This document shows positions 1-61,650 of a stretch of 64,000 bases of DNA, piece after piece (position 1 is the first letter of the stretch; every line of letters begins with the position of its first letter). The DNA comes from Catajapyx aquilonaris (Eukaryota): the NCBI GenBank assembly GCA_000934665.2, contig KZ538036.1, forward strand, positions 1 through 64,000, in the 5' to 3' direction. The notes beneath the pieces are model-generated. The model saw nothing but the letters and a program-made list of their open reading frames with translations, had not been told where the DNA came from and did no database searches. Made by a program: the position numbers and the translations under genes.

Positions 1-3000
1 CATCTCATTGACTGACTTTGTACATTTTATGTCGTTATAAGAAGGGGCCTCTAACATGATCCTGCCCCGGGCCTCAGACAAGCTATGCAGGGCCCTGCCT
101 GATATATTGTACTGTATCAAAAAAAATTGCTGGTTTATAGGCCTACCCGAACAATGTAGCAATTCCGCTTATTTTCGTAATTTTAGTGATGATGACAAAA
201 TTTCAACAAAAATCGCAATATGCTTCTGACATGAATGAAAATGTTGAACCACCTTGCATTTCAAACGAGCAATTTTAGCCAGATGTAATATTTTTCTTGC
301 CGCTTAACAGTCAAAATTTGCATGCAAAATACCTGGTATTGTGTCCAAAAAAAATAGCAGATTTATACCCGAGAAAATGTTCGCTATTGGCTGCTTTCAC
401 ACTGCACTGCAGTTTGCAATATTATATTTTTTCGTGGTCTGCCAATCTTAAAAATGCAAATATGCGCAACGGAAACAATGGGAAACTAACGAACAGTTAG
501 GCTTTTGGCCATTTAAAAAAACGCTTCATTCAACCCTGAAGTTTGAACAAGCGTTGCGATTTATGTCAATGAATACTAATGAATTGCTGAGGAATTACCA
601 ACTCCTGACCTATAATATACTGTATAGAGATATTTTTAGAAAAAAACCCCTTCTGAAAATTACAGTACAGCGCTTGGCTCCATAATTCAGACTCTAATTC
701 TAAAAGGTCGCCTCAGCCTCAACTTTGGGGCCCAAATAGAAAGTTCCTCCAGGTCTAATACCATGTTCCCGCCATGTTTCAAGATAGACGTCTGAAACTA
801 AAATAGGAACACAGGGCTATGGGTCTCTCTAGCGCTTCCGGACATGCAGTATTCAAACTATGCGCTCAAACTGGCAAGAAGGCTGCTTCCCCACAAAGGT
901 TAAGTTAATTAGACAGCAGGGGAAGAAGAAAGTTTTTGAACCCAATTAACGTCAACTTTTCGAGAGAGAAGCTGGAACCGAATAAAAGGGCATGAAGATT
1001 TTAAAAGTACGGTCACGAAACTGATGCAATAATCAGATGTAAAAAAATATCTCCATTTTTATGTTGGAAAGCATAGGTTTTGTTCCTCATGTATTAAGGA
1101 AAGGGGAAGCTGCGGTGGAGCTAAAGATTGGATCATTAAAGTTCCATGGTCTGTAAACGTTTGAACACCAATGCTCTTTTAGGGAGGTCTTCTGGGAGTT
1201 TAGTATGGTAGAGAGGGAGCTCCAGCCCCTAAGGCGTTACATTAACTGGTCGAAGGTGTATACACAGGCTGTGGAAAGTTGGCACGTGCCGACGTTATGG
1301 TTACAAAGCCAGCCCCATGTCGATTAGGTGAGGGCATGTGGGGAAAATGGACTCAAGTTGTTTGTTGCCGACGAGCACCGACTGATCAGTGGCTGTGAAT
1401 AGTGTGCCGCAACAACATGCCCGAGTTGTTCACAAACTGTGCAGTAAAAGAATATGTAATCAACATAAAAAATCAACACTTTTAATATGAATCCTCAGTG
1501 TCTTGAGCAATATCCCAGAACTTCCTTCTTTGTTTGCCAAGCAATTTTTTTCTGAAGGAGCTTTCAGTTCCCCATTTTTTTTTTTCCAGTCTCCTGCTCC
1601 AAGTCTCACGTCTCCCCATCAATTCCTCGCCTCGAACAGAACACTCAAACAAGAAGCTGAAATTACTTACAGCGTGCTGGGAGTCGCCCTTTGAAACTTA
1701 ATCACCAGAGGAGCGCTAAATAAAAGCTCGCCTTCAATACAGTATTGTCCTTTTCAGAAGCTGCAAAGAAGGGGCTAATATTTGAAAAGCAGCACCCTTG
1801 GAGACGGGGGGGAGCAAGATGACTTTCCTCCCCTAAGCAGATCCGCTTGCAAATTGGCAGTTCCATTATGGAGGTGAAGTCCTGCGGGTAAGATGGGGGA
1901 TCAATAGGTGTATCTATTAAAAGTAAGATGAGGAAAGGAGGATGAAATAAGGGAGACGTAATAAGAGAAGTAGTCTCGACGATCCAACATACATTATATT
2001 TTTAAACATAAATTAAAGTGTGTTTAGAGACACAACATGTGGTACAGCAGTGCGACTACAACCTGAAAAGGCATGTAATCCACACTTAAATCAATTGCAC
2101 TGTTGAGTTCACAAATGACAACCGTAGCTGCAGAGATGGAAGAAATCAGTTGTACTTTCACTAAAAGAGCAGACCGGGGAAAAAGCAAAAACTGGCACTC
2201 GTTACGAATAATCTCATGAAATACTCTTAATTCCACCGCATGGGCCAAAAAAAAAAAGTGATGTATTATTACCCAACCTAAAATCCTTCCAAAACATGAG
2301 TCAAAAACACCCAACGTATCCATAAAACACTGTTCAGTCCAGTCACATCTCTTTGTACTCTGTACCGCACAAATGCAACCGTTGAACCCCATTAAACCTT
2401 TGAAAACAGTAACATCTTGGAATGAACGTCCAACAGAGTTTGCTTTCACAAAACGTGAGGCTAGAAGGTGGCTAAACATACGGTACATTAAAAATAACAG
2501 CAAGGATTAAATCCTTTGACTTTTTAAATAACTTTAACCTCACAAGTCACAACCGCTGGCTGGGGTGGGGGGAAGGGAAGGAACGGGGAAGAAACAAAAA
2601 TAAATGTCTAACTATAGGTCGCCAATACGATTGTGGACCCAACAGTAGAGTGCAAGTAGTGGTAATTATGGTACTGATATGAACTTTTTTTTATTTTTTA
2701 TAATCAAGCCAATTTGAGCAAAAGTGGTTAGAGTAATGTTTGGATTAAGAATGCATAGTTTTGGAAGCGAGTGTAAAAAGATAGAGTGTAGTTATACACT
2801 ACAATGTACCATAATTATTTATTTTCCTGGAGGAATTAAAAAGGGATCCAGTCTCAGAGATTTGTTAAAGATTGGAATGGGTGTAGAAAGCTGCACTCTT
2901 GACCAAAAATAACTGCCTCTTACACTTCAAAGGGAAGGGACGATGATCGTGAGTAACGCTTACGATGGGAGGAGGGGGGGGGGGAGGGGGGACAAAAATA

Positions 3001-3360
3001 AAAAGTCAACACATGAGGGAAGAGGTGACCATCAATGTCCAGCACTTTTGATCCACCTGTTTGCAGTCCTTCCCCTACACCAAGGCAAAAAAATTGTCCA
3101 CACACATACATATAGTATTCTATTCACAACTCCGGGAAGATGGGGAGGGAGGATCGGTGGGGATTTCCACATACACGCACTCACACACACTCACTCATCC
3201 GGTTCTTACCTCATCCGCTTTCCCTCTTGCATTTGTGAAAAAATAGGGAGCTACACTTTGGCACTGGACAGTCAACGAGTTTATATCTCACAAATGCACT
3301 GCTGCAAACTCCCAACGGGTGAGATTATCTGACACTGTGTTCCACGACGGTGTACATTTA

Positions 3361-53167
<49,807 letters not shown>

Positions 53168-53268
53168 TTTCGCCCCGACTGATCCCGACCGATCACATGG
53201 AGAGGCGGGGGGAAGGAAGGCCAAGAGCAGTGGAGGGGGGGTGGACGAGGGATGGGGGGGATTGGGGG

Positions 53269-53486
53269 NNNNNNNNNNNNNNNNNNNNNNNNNNNNNNNN
53301 NNNNNNNNNNNNNNNNNNNNNNNNNNNNNNNNNNNNNNNNNNNNNNNNNNNNNNNNNNNNNNNNNNNNNNNNNNNNNNNNNNNNNNNNNNNNNNNNNNNN
53401 NNNNNNNNNNNNNNNNNNNNNNNNNNNNNNNNNNNNNNNNNNNNNNNNNNNNNNNNNNNNNNNNNNNNNNNNNNNNNNNNNNNNNN
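53269..53486. other. Assembly gap (218 N) flanked by poly-G
   Basis: N run; hides the PDE3 5' UTR/promoter and possibly extra N-terminal codons. Confidence 1.
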
Positions 53487-53635
53487 GGGGGGGGGGGGTC
53501 AATTACTGTATTAAAAAGTGCATTGTATTAAATTGATATCCTATTGTAGTTTATACACATTCTCATGATGATGATGATGATGATGATAGTCCTTTGGTGG
53601 TGGTGGTGGTGATATTTATATAATAAGTAAATTTC

Positions 53636-53920
53636 GGGCCGACGAAGCAGATTGGCATTAGTGGATAAGGCGTCCGACTGCTAATCGGGCGGTCCTGGGC
53701 TCGAATCCCGGGGCCGGCAACTCTGACAGTGGTTTTCTGTGGTTTCCCACGGTCCTTCCAGGAAAATTCCGGAGTTGCTTCCGTAATTAATAGGCCACAG
53801 CCGCTTTCTTCCGTCCCTATCCTATCCGAAAAAGCGCAGTAAAATGAAAGCAAAGAGTTCCAGCTGCAAAACAAAACTTCCCCCCCTAAAGAGCCTATAG
53901 GCTGATATAACGGGGTATGA

Positions 53921-54004
<84 letters not shown>
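53636..54004 (+). mobile_element. tRNA-derived SINE with (ATT)n tail
   Basis: tRNA-like head (TGGCATTAGTGGATAAGGCGTCCGACTGCTAATCGGG...GGCTCGAATCCC), body GTGGTTTTCTGTGGTTTCCC...TAGGCCACAGCCGCTTTCTTCC typical of arthropod SINEs, ~28 ATT units, possible TAAATTTC TSD. Confidence 0.75.
53921..54004. repeat. (ATT)n microsatellite
   Basis: About 28 perfect trinucleotide units. Confidence 0.95.
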
Positions 54005-54005
<1 letters not shown>

Positions 54006-54613
54006 GTATAAATAAATTTCTAGTAGGGTTATTACTTTTTGAGATATCGACATGCCGTACAGTACTGGACGTCTGGACATATTAGCAGTCCGTTTATTTT
54101 TGTTATTGGGAGTTCAAAATAGGCAAATTTTATCTACACGTAATGAGCGATTTTTTCATAATTTAGGTTTGGGGCAACTGTAATCACCAATCAGCCATTT
54201 CACTAATATGATGCAATAATTAACACTTTTCTTTTTAAATTACAAAAACTGCAAACTAGCTAGTTCAAATATGGCGGGAAGTCTTTGACTGCATGAAACA
54301 TGGCTGCCTTTTTTGAAGCCTGCGCCATATGCCTATATGCGCGTTTTAATTGCATCATCCCTGGTTCTGAGAATCATTGTCCGACGAACTTCGTTGAAAC
54401 GTTCGTCTGTCGTTTTCCGCATTGTTCTGAGAGTCCGTCGAACTCACCGTTGTTTGAAGGAGCATCGGTCGTACACCCAGGTACAGGAGAAGGTGGCACT
54501 GTTTGGAGGGCATAAACTTCGATTGCCCTACTTTGCATTGTTAGGAAGTTCGTTACATGTCGACATTCTAGTTTAATTTTTTTGTGTTTGTAATTTCTAG
54601 TTAATTTAGAGAC

Positions 54614-55112
54614 ATGCCGAAGGTACGTCGTAGTCGCAAGCCACCTCCAGATGGTTGGGAGCTGATTGAGCCGACGCTGGAAGAGCTGGAGCAGAAGATG
54701 CGAGAGGCGGAGACGGAGCCTAACGAGGGGAAGAGGAAGGTCGAGAGCCTCTGGCCCATATTTAAGATCCATCATCAGCGGTCCAGGTACATCTTCGACC
54801 TCTTCTTCAGGCGGAAGGCCATCTCCAGGGGTAAGTCAACACACGTCATGGACACAAAAGGGACGAAACTGACTTGTTCATTCCGCATTTGCAGAGCTGT
54901 ACGATTACTGCATCAAATCTGGGATTGCCGACAAGAATCTGATTGCCAAATGGAAGAAACAAGGGTACGAGAATCTCTGCTGCCTCCGCTGCATCCAGAC
55001 CCGTGACACCAATTTCGGGACAAACTGTATCTGCCGGGTGCCCAAGAACAAACTGGAGGAAGGTCGCATCGTTGAGTGCATCCATTGCGGATGCCGAGGA
55101 TGCTCCGGTTAA
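54614..55112 (+). CDS. BUD31: Protein BUD31 homolog (G10), spliceosomal, 144 aa
   Basis: Exons 54614-54830 and 54895-55112 (64-nt GT-AG intron); [22 protein letters not shown]...[27 protein letters not shown]...[12 protein letters not shown]. Confidence 0.98.
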
Positions 55113-55251
55113 AAACCGGGACATATCGTACACAGGACATTTCCGCAACATTGTGATTTTTTTCCCCCATTATTTTGCCATTACTAAGTTCTCTTTCATT
55201 TTGTCATGTATGTTTCAGGAAAGATGTAATGTACAAGGTTGACTTTAAAGC

Positions 55252-55257
55252 AATAAA
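55252..55257 (+). terminator. Polyadenylation signal AATAAA, probably of BUD31
   Basis: AATAAA 140 nt after the BUD31 stop codon. Confidence 0.6.
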
Positions 55258-55407
55258 AATGATTGATAAGACAACCTTGATTGTACCTTGAAGGCACTTA
55301 CGCGTTAGATTAAGTTATCCGAAATGCCAAAAGGCGCGTAGCGATAATGATTTGTACCGATTAAATATCAATTGGCGATACCTTTTACATCAGCAGTTTG
55401 GGAAAAA

Positions 55408-57677
55408 ATGAACCACCTGTTGGAATGGGTCGTTTTATTGGCCTCTCTTTCTATCGCCTGCGGGGCAAGGCCTAATATAATCTTCATAATCGCAGATGAT
55501 TTGGTGAGTAATTGAAACTTGTCGGTACACAATTAAAGTAATATGGAAGGCATAACAAGCAGGCATCTTTTTACTGTAATGGACATGTAATAAACTATTT
55601 GCATATAAGTCTTGCATCATGTCTTCAAGTCGAAACTACGACGATCATGATTTTAGGGCTGGAACGATGTAGGTTTCCACGGCTCGGACCAGATCCCCAC
55701 TCCTAACATTGATGCTTTGGCGTACAATGGAATTATTCTTAACAATTACTACGTGACTCCGCTATGCTCGCCATCCAGAAGCGCAATTCTCACTGGAAAA
55801 CATCCCATTCATACAGGTAGGTTCATCCATTCATCTACTTCTATCACACGTTAATTCATCATTTCTAATATTCAAGGAATGCAACACAATGTGATATGGG
55901 CACCTCAACCGGAAGGTTTGCCACTGAGTGAAAAGATAATGCCGCAGTACATGAAGGACTTGGGTTATGTTACTCGCATTGTTGGTAAATGGCATCAGGG
56001 CTTCTACAAAAAGGAATACACGCCCACATTCAGAGGTTTCGATTCTCATTTTGGATACTGGACTGCACATCAAGATTATTACGATCATACCGGAGAAGGA
56101 TTTGTAAGTTGAACATTATTGGTTCCAAACTACATATTTTTGCAGGGTCGTTTGGTTAATTGTTTAAAAACTATCAAGCTGTGGATTAAACCGAATTCTC
56201 ATCATTCATCCCTTTTACTTTTAGGGTTACTGGGGATTGGACATGCGACGTAATATGAGCGTAGCATGGGATACTGCGGGAAAGTATGCGACTGATATGT
56301 ACACAGAAGAGGCAGTGGAGCTGATCTCACAGCATGATGAATCCAAGCCGCTCTTCATGTACTTGGCCCATTTGGCATGTCATTCGGCCCATCCGTACCA
56401 ACCTATGCAAGCTCCAGCTGAAGTTGTAGCCAAGCTGGACTGGATTAAGGATTACCAGAGACGGATCTTTGCTGGTAAAGTGTGCTGCTGTTTTAGTCGG
56501 TTGGTGTCTGTGTAATTCGTGATTTAATAACAGCGATGGTGACAAAATTGGATGAATCTGTTGGGGAGGTGATGACAGCTCTGAAAGAAAAAGGCATGCT
56601 GGAAAATTCCATTGTCATTTTCTCGACTGATAACGGAGGAGCGCCTGGTGGAATGAATGACAATCATGCCTCAAACTGGCCATTGAGAGGTGTAAGTCAT
56701 AAAGATTTTTTGAGTTGTCAAGCTCAAAACCGACGCTTTCATTTCTGCAGGGTAAGGTGTCGCATTTTGAAGGCGGAGTCAGAGGCACCGCATGCATTTG
56801 GAGTCCACTCTTGAAACAGCATAATGTCGTTTCAAACCAAATGATGCATCTGCAGGACTGGCTTCCAACACTCTACTCTGCTGCAGGTAATTGCTGTCAA
56901 ATATTTTTGCAACCTCATTTTAAAATGCTAATGCTAATTTTGGACTATTGCTCTACCATTACACCTGAAAATGCAAAATAACCTGATGTTATCAACAGGG
57001 GGAGACCCAAAGGATTTGGGTGAAATTGATGGATTGGATATGTGGAAAACACTGTCCGATGGAAGTGCCTCTCCTAGGACAGAGTTTGTCGTTCAGATCA
57101 ACCCAATTCTACAAAATGGAGCCATCCGAGTAGGGGACTATAAGATCGTGTTTGGAACGCAGTGTAAGTATAGCCACATCTTTTCGACCACAATGCAAAC
57201 CTAATGAGCACGTGATTACGTGAATTAGTGCCACTTATTCTGGATGACATCTACTACGCCAGCTGGTTCGGACCATCTGGAAGACACAACCTGTCCCTGA
57301 ACCCTCTTCCGGATTACAATGTGTCTGAAGTGCTAACCAGCCCTGCAGGAGTCGCCTTGTCATCTGTTGTGACCCCACCAAACCCAGACCAAGTCTTGGA
57401 AATCCGCGAGGAAACTCAGATCCACTGCACTGGAGAGCCTCCCATATATCCGTGCAATCCGAACCATCAGATATGCATGTACAACATCAAGGAGGACCCT
57501 TGTGAGCATCACGACATTTCCACAGAGCAGCCTGATGTCTTTGATAAAATGATGCAGCGGTTTAGGGAGATCAATGCCACTGTGGTTCCACCTATGAACG
57601 AACCATTTGATACCATGTCAAGCCCTAAGTACTGGGGCTATGCTTGGAGCTGTTGGAAGGACGAGAACCCAGAATAA
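55408..57677 (+). CDS. ARSB: Arylsulfatase B-like (ARSB/I/J group) sulfatase, copy 1, 546 aa
   Basis: Exons 55408-55503, 55657-55816, 55877-56103, 56225-56474, 56534-56691, 56751-56886, 56999-57163, 57229-57677; signal peptide, [17 protein letters not shown], formylglycine motif [29 protein letters not shown]. Confidence 0.93.
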
Positions 57678-58361
57678 TATTCCCGCAAGTAGGATCCATT
57701 AGCAAAATCAGTTTCTTCTCAAATGGTCCTATTTGTGTACTGAATAATAAATGCAGCTAATCCGGCAGTGGCATGAATGAGTTATTATTGTCCCAATTGT
57801 GGTGCGGAACTACCACACATTCTAACTGCGAACAATTCTTCCTTCCTGGCAATTATTTTGCTACTTTTTATACACACTTCAAATGTCAACACAATGTTTA
57901 TAACCTCCTGGTTTTTGATGTACAAGGTCCTACAAGTGTCTGTGAGATTAAATACCAGTGTATTGCAAAATTTCATACAATATTGGCCTCTGCTCACCTT
58001 TAATCAGTCAATGGTTGCTCATCACGTGAAATGTTCGAAGTCATTGCTTCCGTGAGTACAGAGAATTTTCAAATCATCACACTTACCCACTGAATGTGCA
58101 TCTTTTACAAACTTCTTTAATTCATTAATTCAGTTGAAAATTCATGTACAAAAAATTGGTACACTGCTAATTTTTCATGTACTGTCCATGTACAGTTCTA
58201 ACGTTCAAGGTTCACTGCACAGCAATAAGTGATTGACATAAGTTTTTTGAGTGCACTTGTTAGATTAAGTTGGCTGATATGGCAAAGATATGTAATGATA
58301 ATGACTTGCACCTCTTAAATATAGCTAGACCATGCCTAGTGCATCTTCACTTTGAGAAAAA

Positions 58362-60747
58362 ATGACCAAGCTGTTGGAATTGGTCATTTTCTTTGCCTCT
58401 CTTTCTATAGCATGCGGGGCAAGGCCAAATATAATCTTCATATTAGCAGATGATTTGGTGAGTAATTAAAATTTGTTGGTATACCGGTACATATTTAGAG
58501 CAATGACCATGATTGAATTTGTTAGACTTTTAACGTTTTGTGTTATTAGTGAATTGTCATAAGGAGGCATCTTTTTGTCATAACTCCAAATCATAAACTG
58601 CCATGGACTTAACATTTTATGTACCGCATTTGCATAGAGGTGAACACATCATATTGTTTTCAAATCAAACTCATAAAGATCGTTATTTCAGGGCTGGAAT
58701 GATGTAGGTTTCCACGGCTCGGACCAGATCCCCACTCCCAACATTGATGCTTTGGCATACAATGGAATTATTCTTAACAATTATTACGTGACTCCGCTAT
58801 GCTCGCCATCCAGAAGCGCAATCCTCACTGGAAAACATCCCATTCATACAGGTAGCATAGTCATTATTAATAGCACCAGATTTTAGGCTATCACACACTG
58901 GTTAATCTTTATAATTCAAGGAATGCAACACAATGTGATATGGGCACCTCAACCGCAAGGTTTGCCATTAAACGAGAAGATTTTACCACAGTACATGAAG
59001 GACTTGGGTTACGTTACTCGCATTGTTGGTAAATGGCATCAGGGCTTCTACAAAAAGGAGTACACGCCCACATTCAGAGGTTTCGATTCCCACTTCGGAT
59101 ACTGGACTGCACATCAAGATTATTACGAACACTCTGGAGAAGAATATGTAAGTTGAATGCATTACATTACTGAATTATTACATATTTGTGCATGGCGCAG
59201 TATGGTAAACTAGAGGTGTTTGGTTAATAATTTAAAACAAAATGCGTTAAAGTCAAACTTAATGCTAAGGATTAAACTAAATTCTCATCATTCATCCCAT
59301 TTACTTTTAGGGTTACTGGGGATTGGACATGCGACGTAACATGAGCGTAGCATGGGACACTGTGGGAAAGTACACCACTGATTTGTTCACTGAAGAAGCA
59401 GTGGAGCTGATCTCACAGCATGATGACTCCAAGCCGCTCTTCATGTACTTGGCCCATTTGGCAGTTCATTCGGCCCATCCGTACCAACCTATGCAAGCTC
59501 CAGCTGAAGTTGTAGCCAAGCTGGACTGGATTAAGGATTACCAGAGACGGATCTTTGCTGGTGAAATGTGCTGCTGTTTTAGTCAGTTGGTATCTGTGTA
59601 ATTCGTGACTTATTAATAACAGCGATGGTGACAAAATTGGATGAATCTGTTGGGGAGGTGATGACAGCTCTGAAGGAAAAAGGCATGCTGGAGAATTCCA
59701 TTGTCATTTTTTCAACTGACAATGGAGGACCACCAGGTGGATTTAATAACAATCATGCCTCGAACTGGCCATTGAGAGGTGTAAGTCAGTATGTTATTTG
59801 TAGTTGTCTAGCTTTAATCCAAAACAATAATTTCTGCAGGGTAAGGTGACTTATTTCGAGGGCGGAGTCAGAGGCACCGCATGCATTTGGAGTCCACTCC
59901 TGAAGCAGCATAATGCCGTGTCAAACCAAATGATGCATCTGCAGGACTGGCTTCCAACACTCTACTCTGCTGCAGGTAACTGTTGTTGTCTTAAATAACG
60001 TCAAGATTTTACAGAAGAATCATTATATTATGGTACCTGAAAATACACAGTAGCCTAATCTGATTAACAGGAGGAGACCCAAAGGATTTGGGTGAAATTG
60101 ATGGATTGGATATGTGGAAAACACTGTCCGATGGAAGTTCTTCTCCTAGGACAGAGTTTGTCGTTCAGATCGACCCAATTCTACAAACTGGAGCTATCCG
60201 AGTCGGAGATTACAAGATTGTGTTTGGAACACAGGGTGAGTAGTCACATCTTTTCAAACACAATGCGAGCGTAATGAGCATGTGATTTCCTGAAATAGCG
60301 ACTCGCATTCAGGATGACACCTACTACTCCACCTGGTTTGGACCATCCGGAAGACACAACCTGTCCCTGAACCCTCTTCCGGATTACAATGTGTCCGAAG
60401 TGCTAACCAGCCCTGCAGGAGTCGCCTTGTCATCTGTTGTGACCCCACCAAACCCAGACCAAGTCTTGGAAATCCGAGAGGAAACCCAGATCCGCTGCAC
60501 TGGAGAGCCTCCCATATATCCGTGCAACCCAAACAATCAGATATGCATGTACAACATAAAGGAGGACCCTTGTGAGCATCACGACATTTCCACAGAGCAG
60601 CCTGATGTCTTTGATAAAATGATGCAGCGATTTAGGGAGATCAATGCCACTGTGGTTCCACCTATGAATCAACCGATTGATCCCATGGGACACCCGAAAT
60701 ACTGGGGATATGCCTGGAGCTGCTGGAAGGACGAGAACCCAGAATAA
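58362..60747 (+). CDS. ARSB: Arylsulfatase B-like sulfatase, copy 2 (tandem paralogue), 546 aa
   Basis: Exons 58362-58457, 58692-58851, 58921-59147, 59311-59560, 59623-59780, 59840-59975, 60071-60235, 60299-60747; same exon lengths and motifs as copy 1, frame intact. Confidence 0.93.
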
Positions 60748-61650
60748 TAAATGTACAAGTACGATCCATTAGAAAAATAAATTTGTTCTCAAAAGGTCCT
60801 ACCAGTATCATATTATGCAACAGTAATTGTGCAGTTCTTATCCCCTTCGATGGGATTGCGTTGTTAAAATGGGTAAACAGATATGGGAATGTGGTCCTCT
60901 TCGACGAAAAATAATTAATGAAAATGAGAAAATATTAGTGGAAAAGGCTGAAACACAATATAAATGAGGTTGAAGTAATACAATTGAATCATCATACGTT
61001 GCATAATTTATGGATGGTTCCATAATACAGGACATTGTTCGATATAGGAAATAAAGCTTAGTTTCCAAATTGCATTGTAAAGACACTCCTGAGATTCACA
61101 GACTCATATAAAGTTCAATTAGGCATTGTGCATTTATGGAAAACCGTGTTTCCAACACAAAAAAATACTGCTTCGAAAACTTTGTCGCATCACAGTTGGT
61201 TCAGGTGTCTAATCTACATTGAGGAACACACGCCCACAAGTGATATCCAAAATAGTTCACCACCTCGTTGCCCTCTTTTAAATATATCGGATCACTCCTG
61301 CATAATTATTATAAATGAAACCCTACTCTCTCCTGGGAAATATAATCATTAAGAAAGGCACATTTATGCATAAATTGCAACATGGCAGCAACACCTTTTG
61401 GTCATTCGGATGTAATCCGAGGCGCATGAGTGTTTATTTGCTCCTCTAATAATCGGTCTCGCACTTGGAAGTTTGTCATGCCAGCTATACATTGCAGGTG
61501 AAACTCTCTGGATGTTAAAATTGGCTGAGAAAATATGCTGACATTCTTATCATATTGGATGGATATTGCGGACTCATTGCATTTAAAAAATTGTCACAAC
61601 GTGTTGGAAATAATAAAAAAACGTACCCAAATACTGCATAGAATCTGTTA

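Noticed and set aside
40..100. GGGGCC...GCCCCGGGCC...CAGGGCCCTG hAT-like MITE end
   Set aside because: Partner terminus not visible in the window; cannot be supported
53646..53719. tRNA-Ser(GCT)-like cloverleaf
   Set aside because: No long variable arm, poor acceptor stem, degenerate T-loop (GCTCGA), and it continues into a SINE body and (ATT)n tail, so it is a SINE head rather than a tRNA gene
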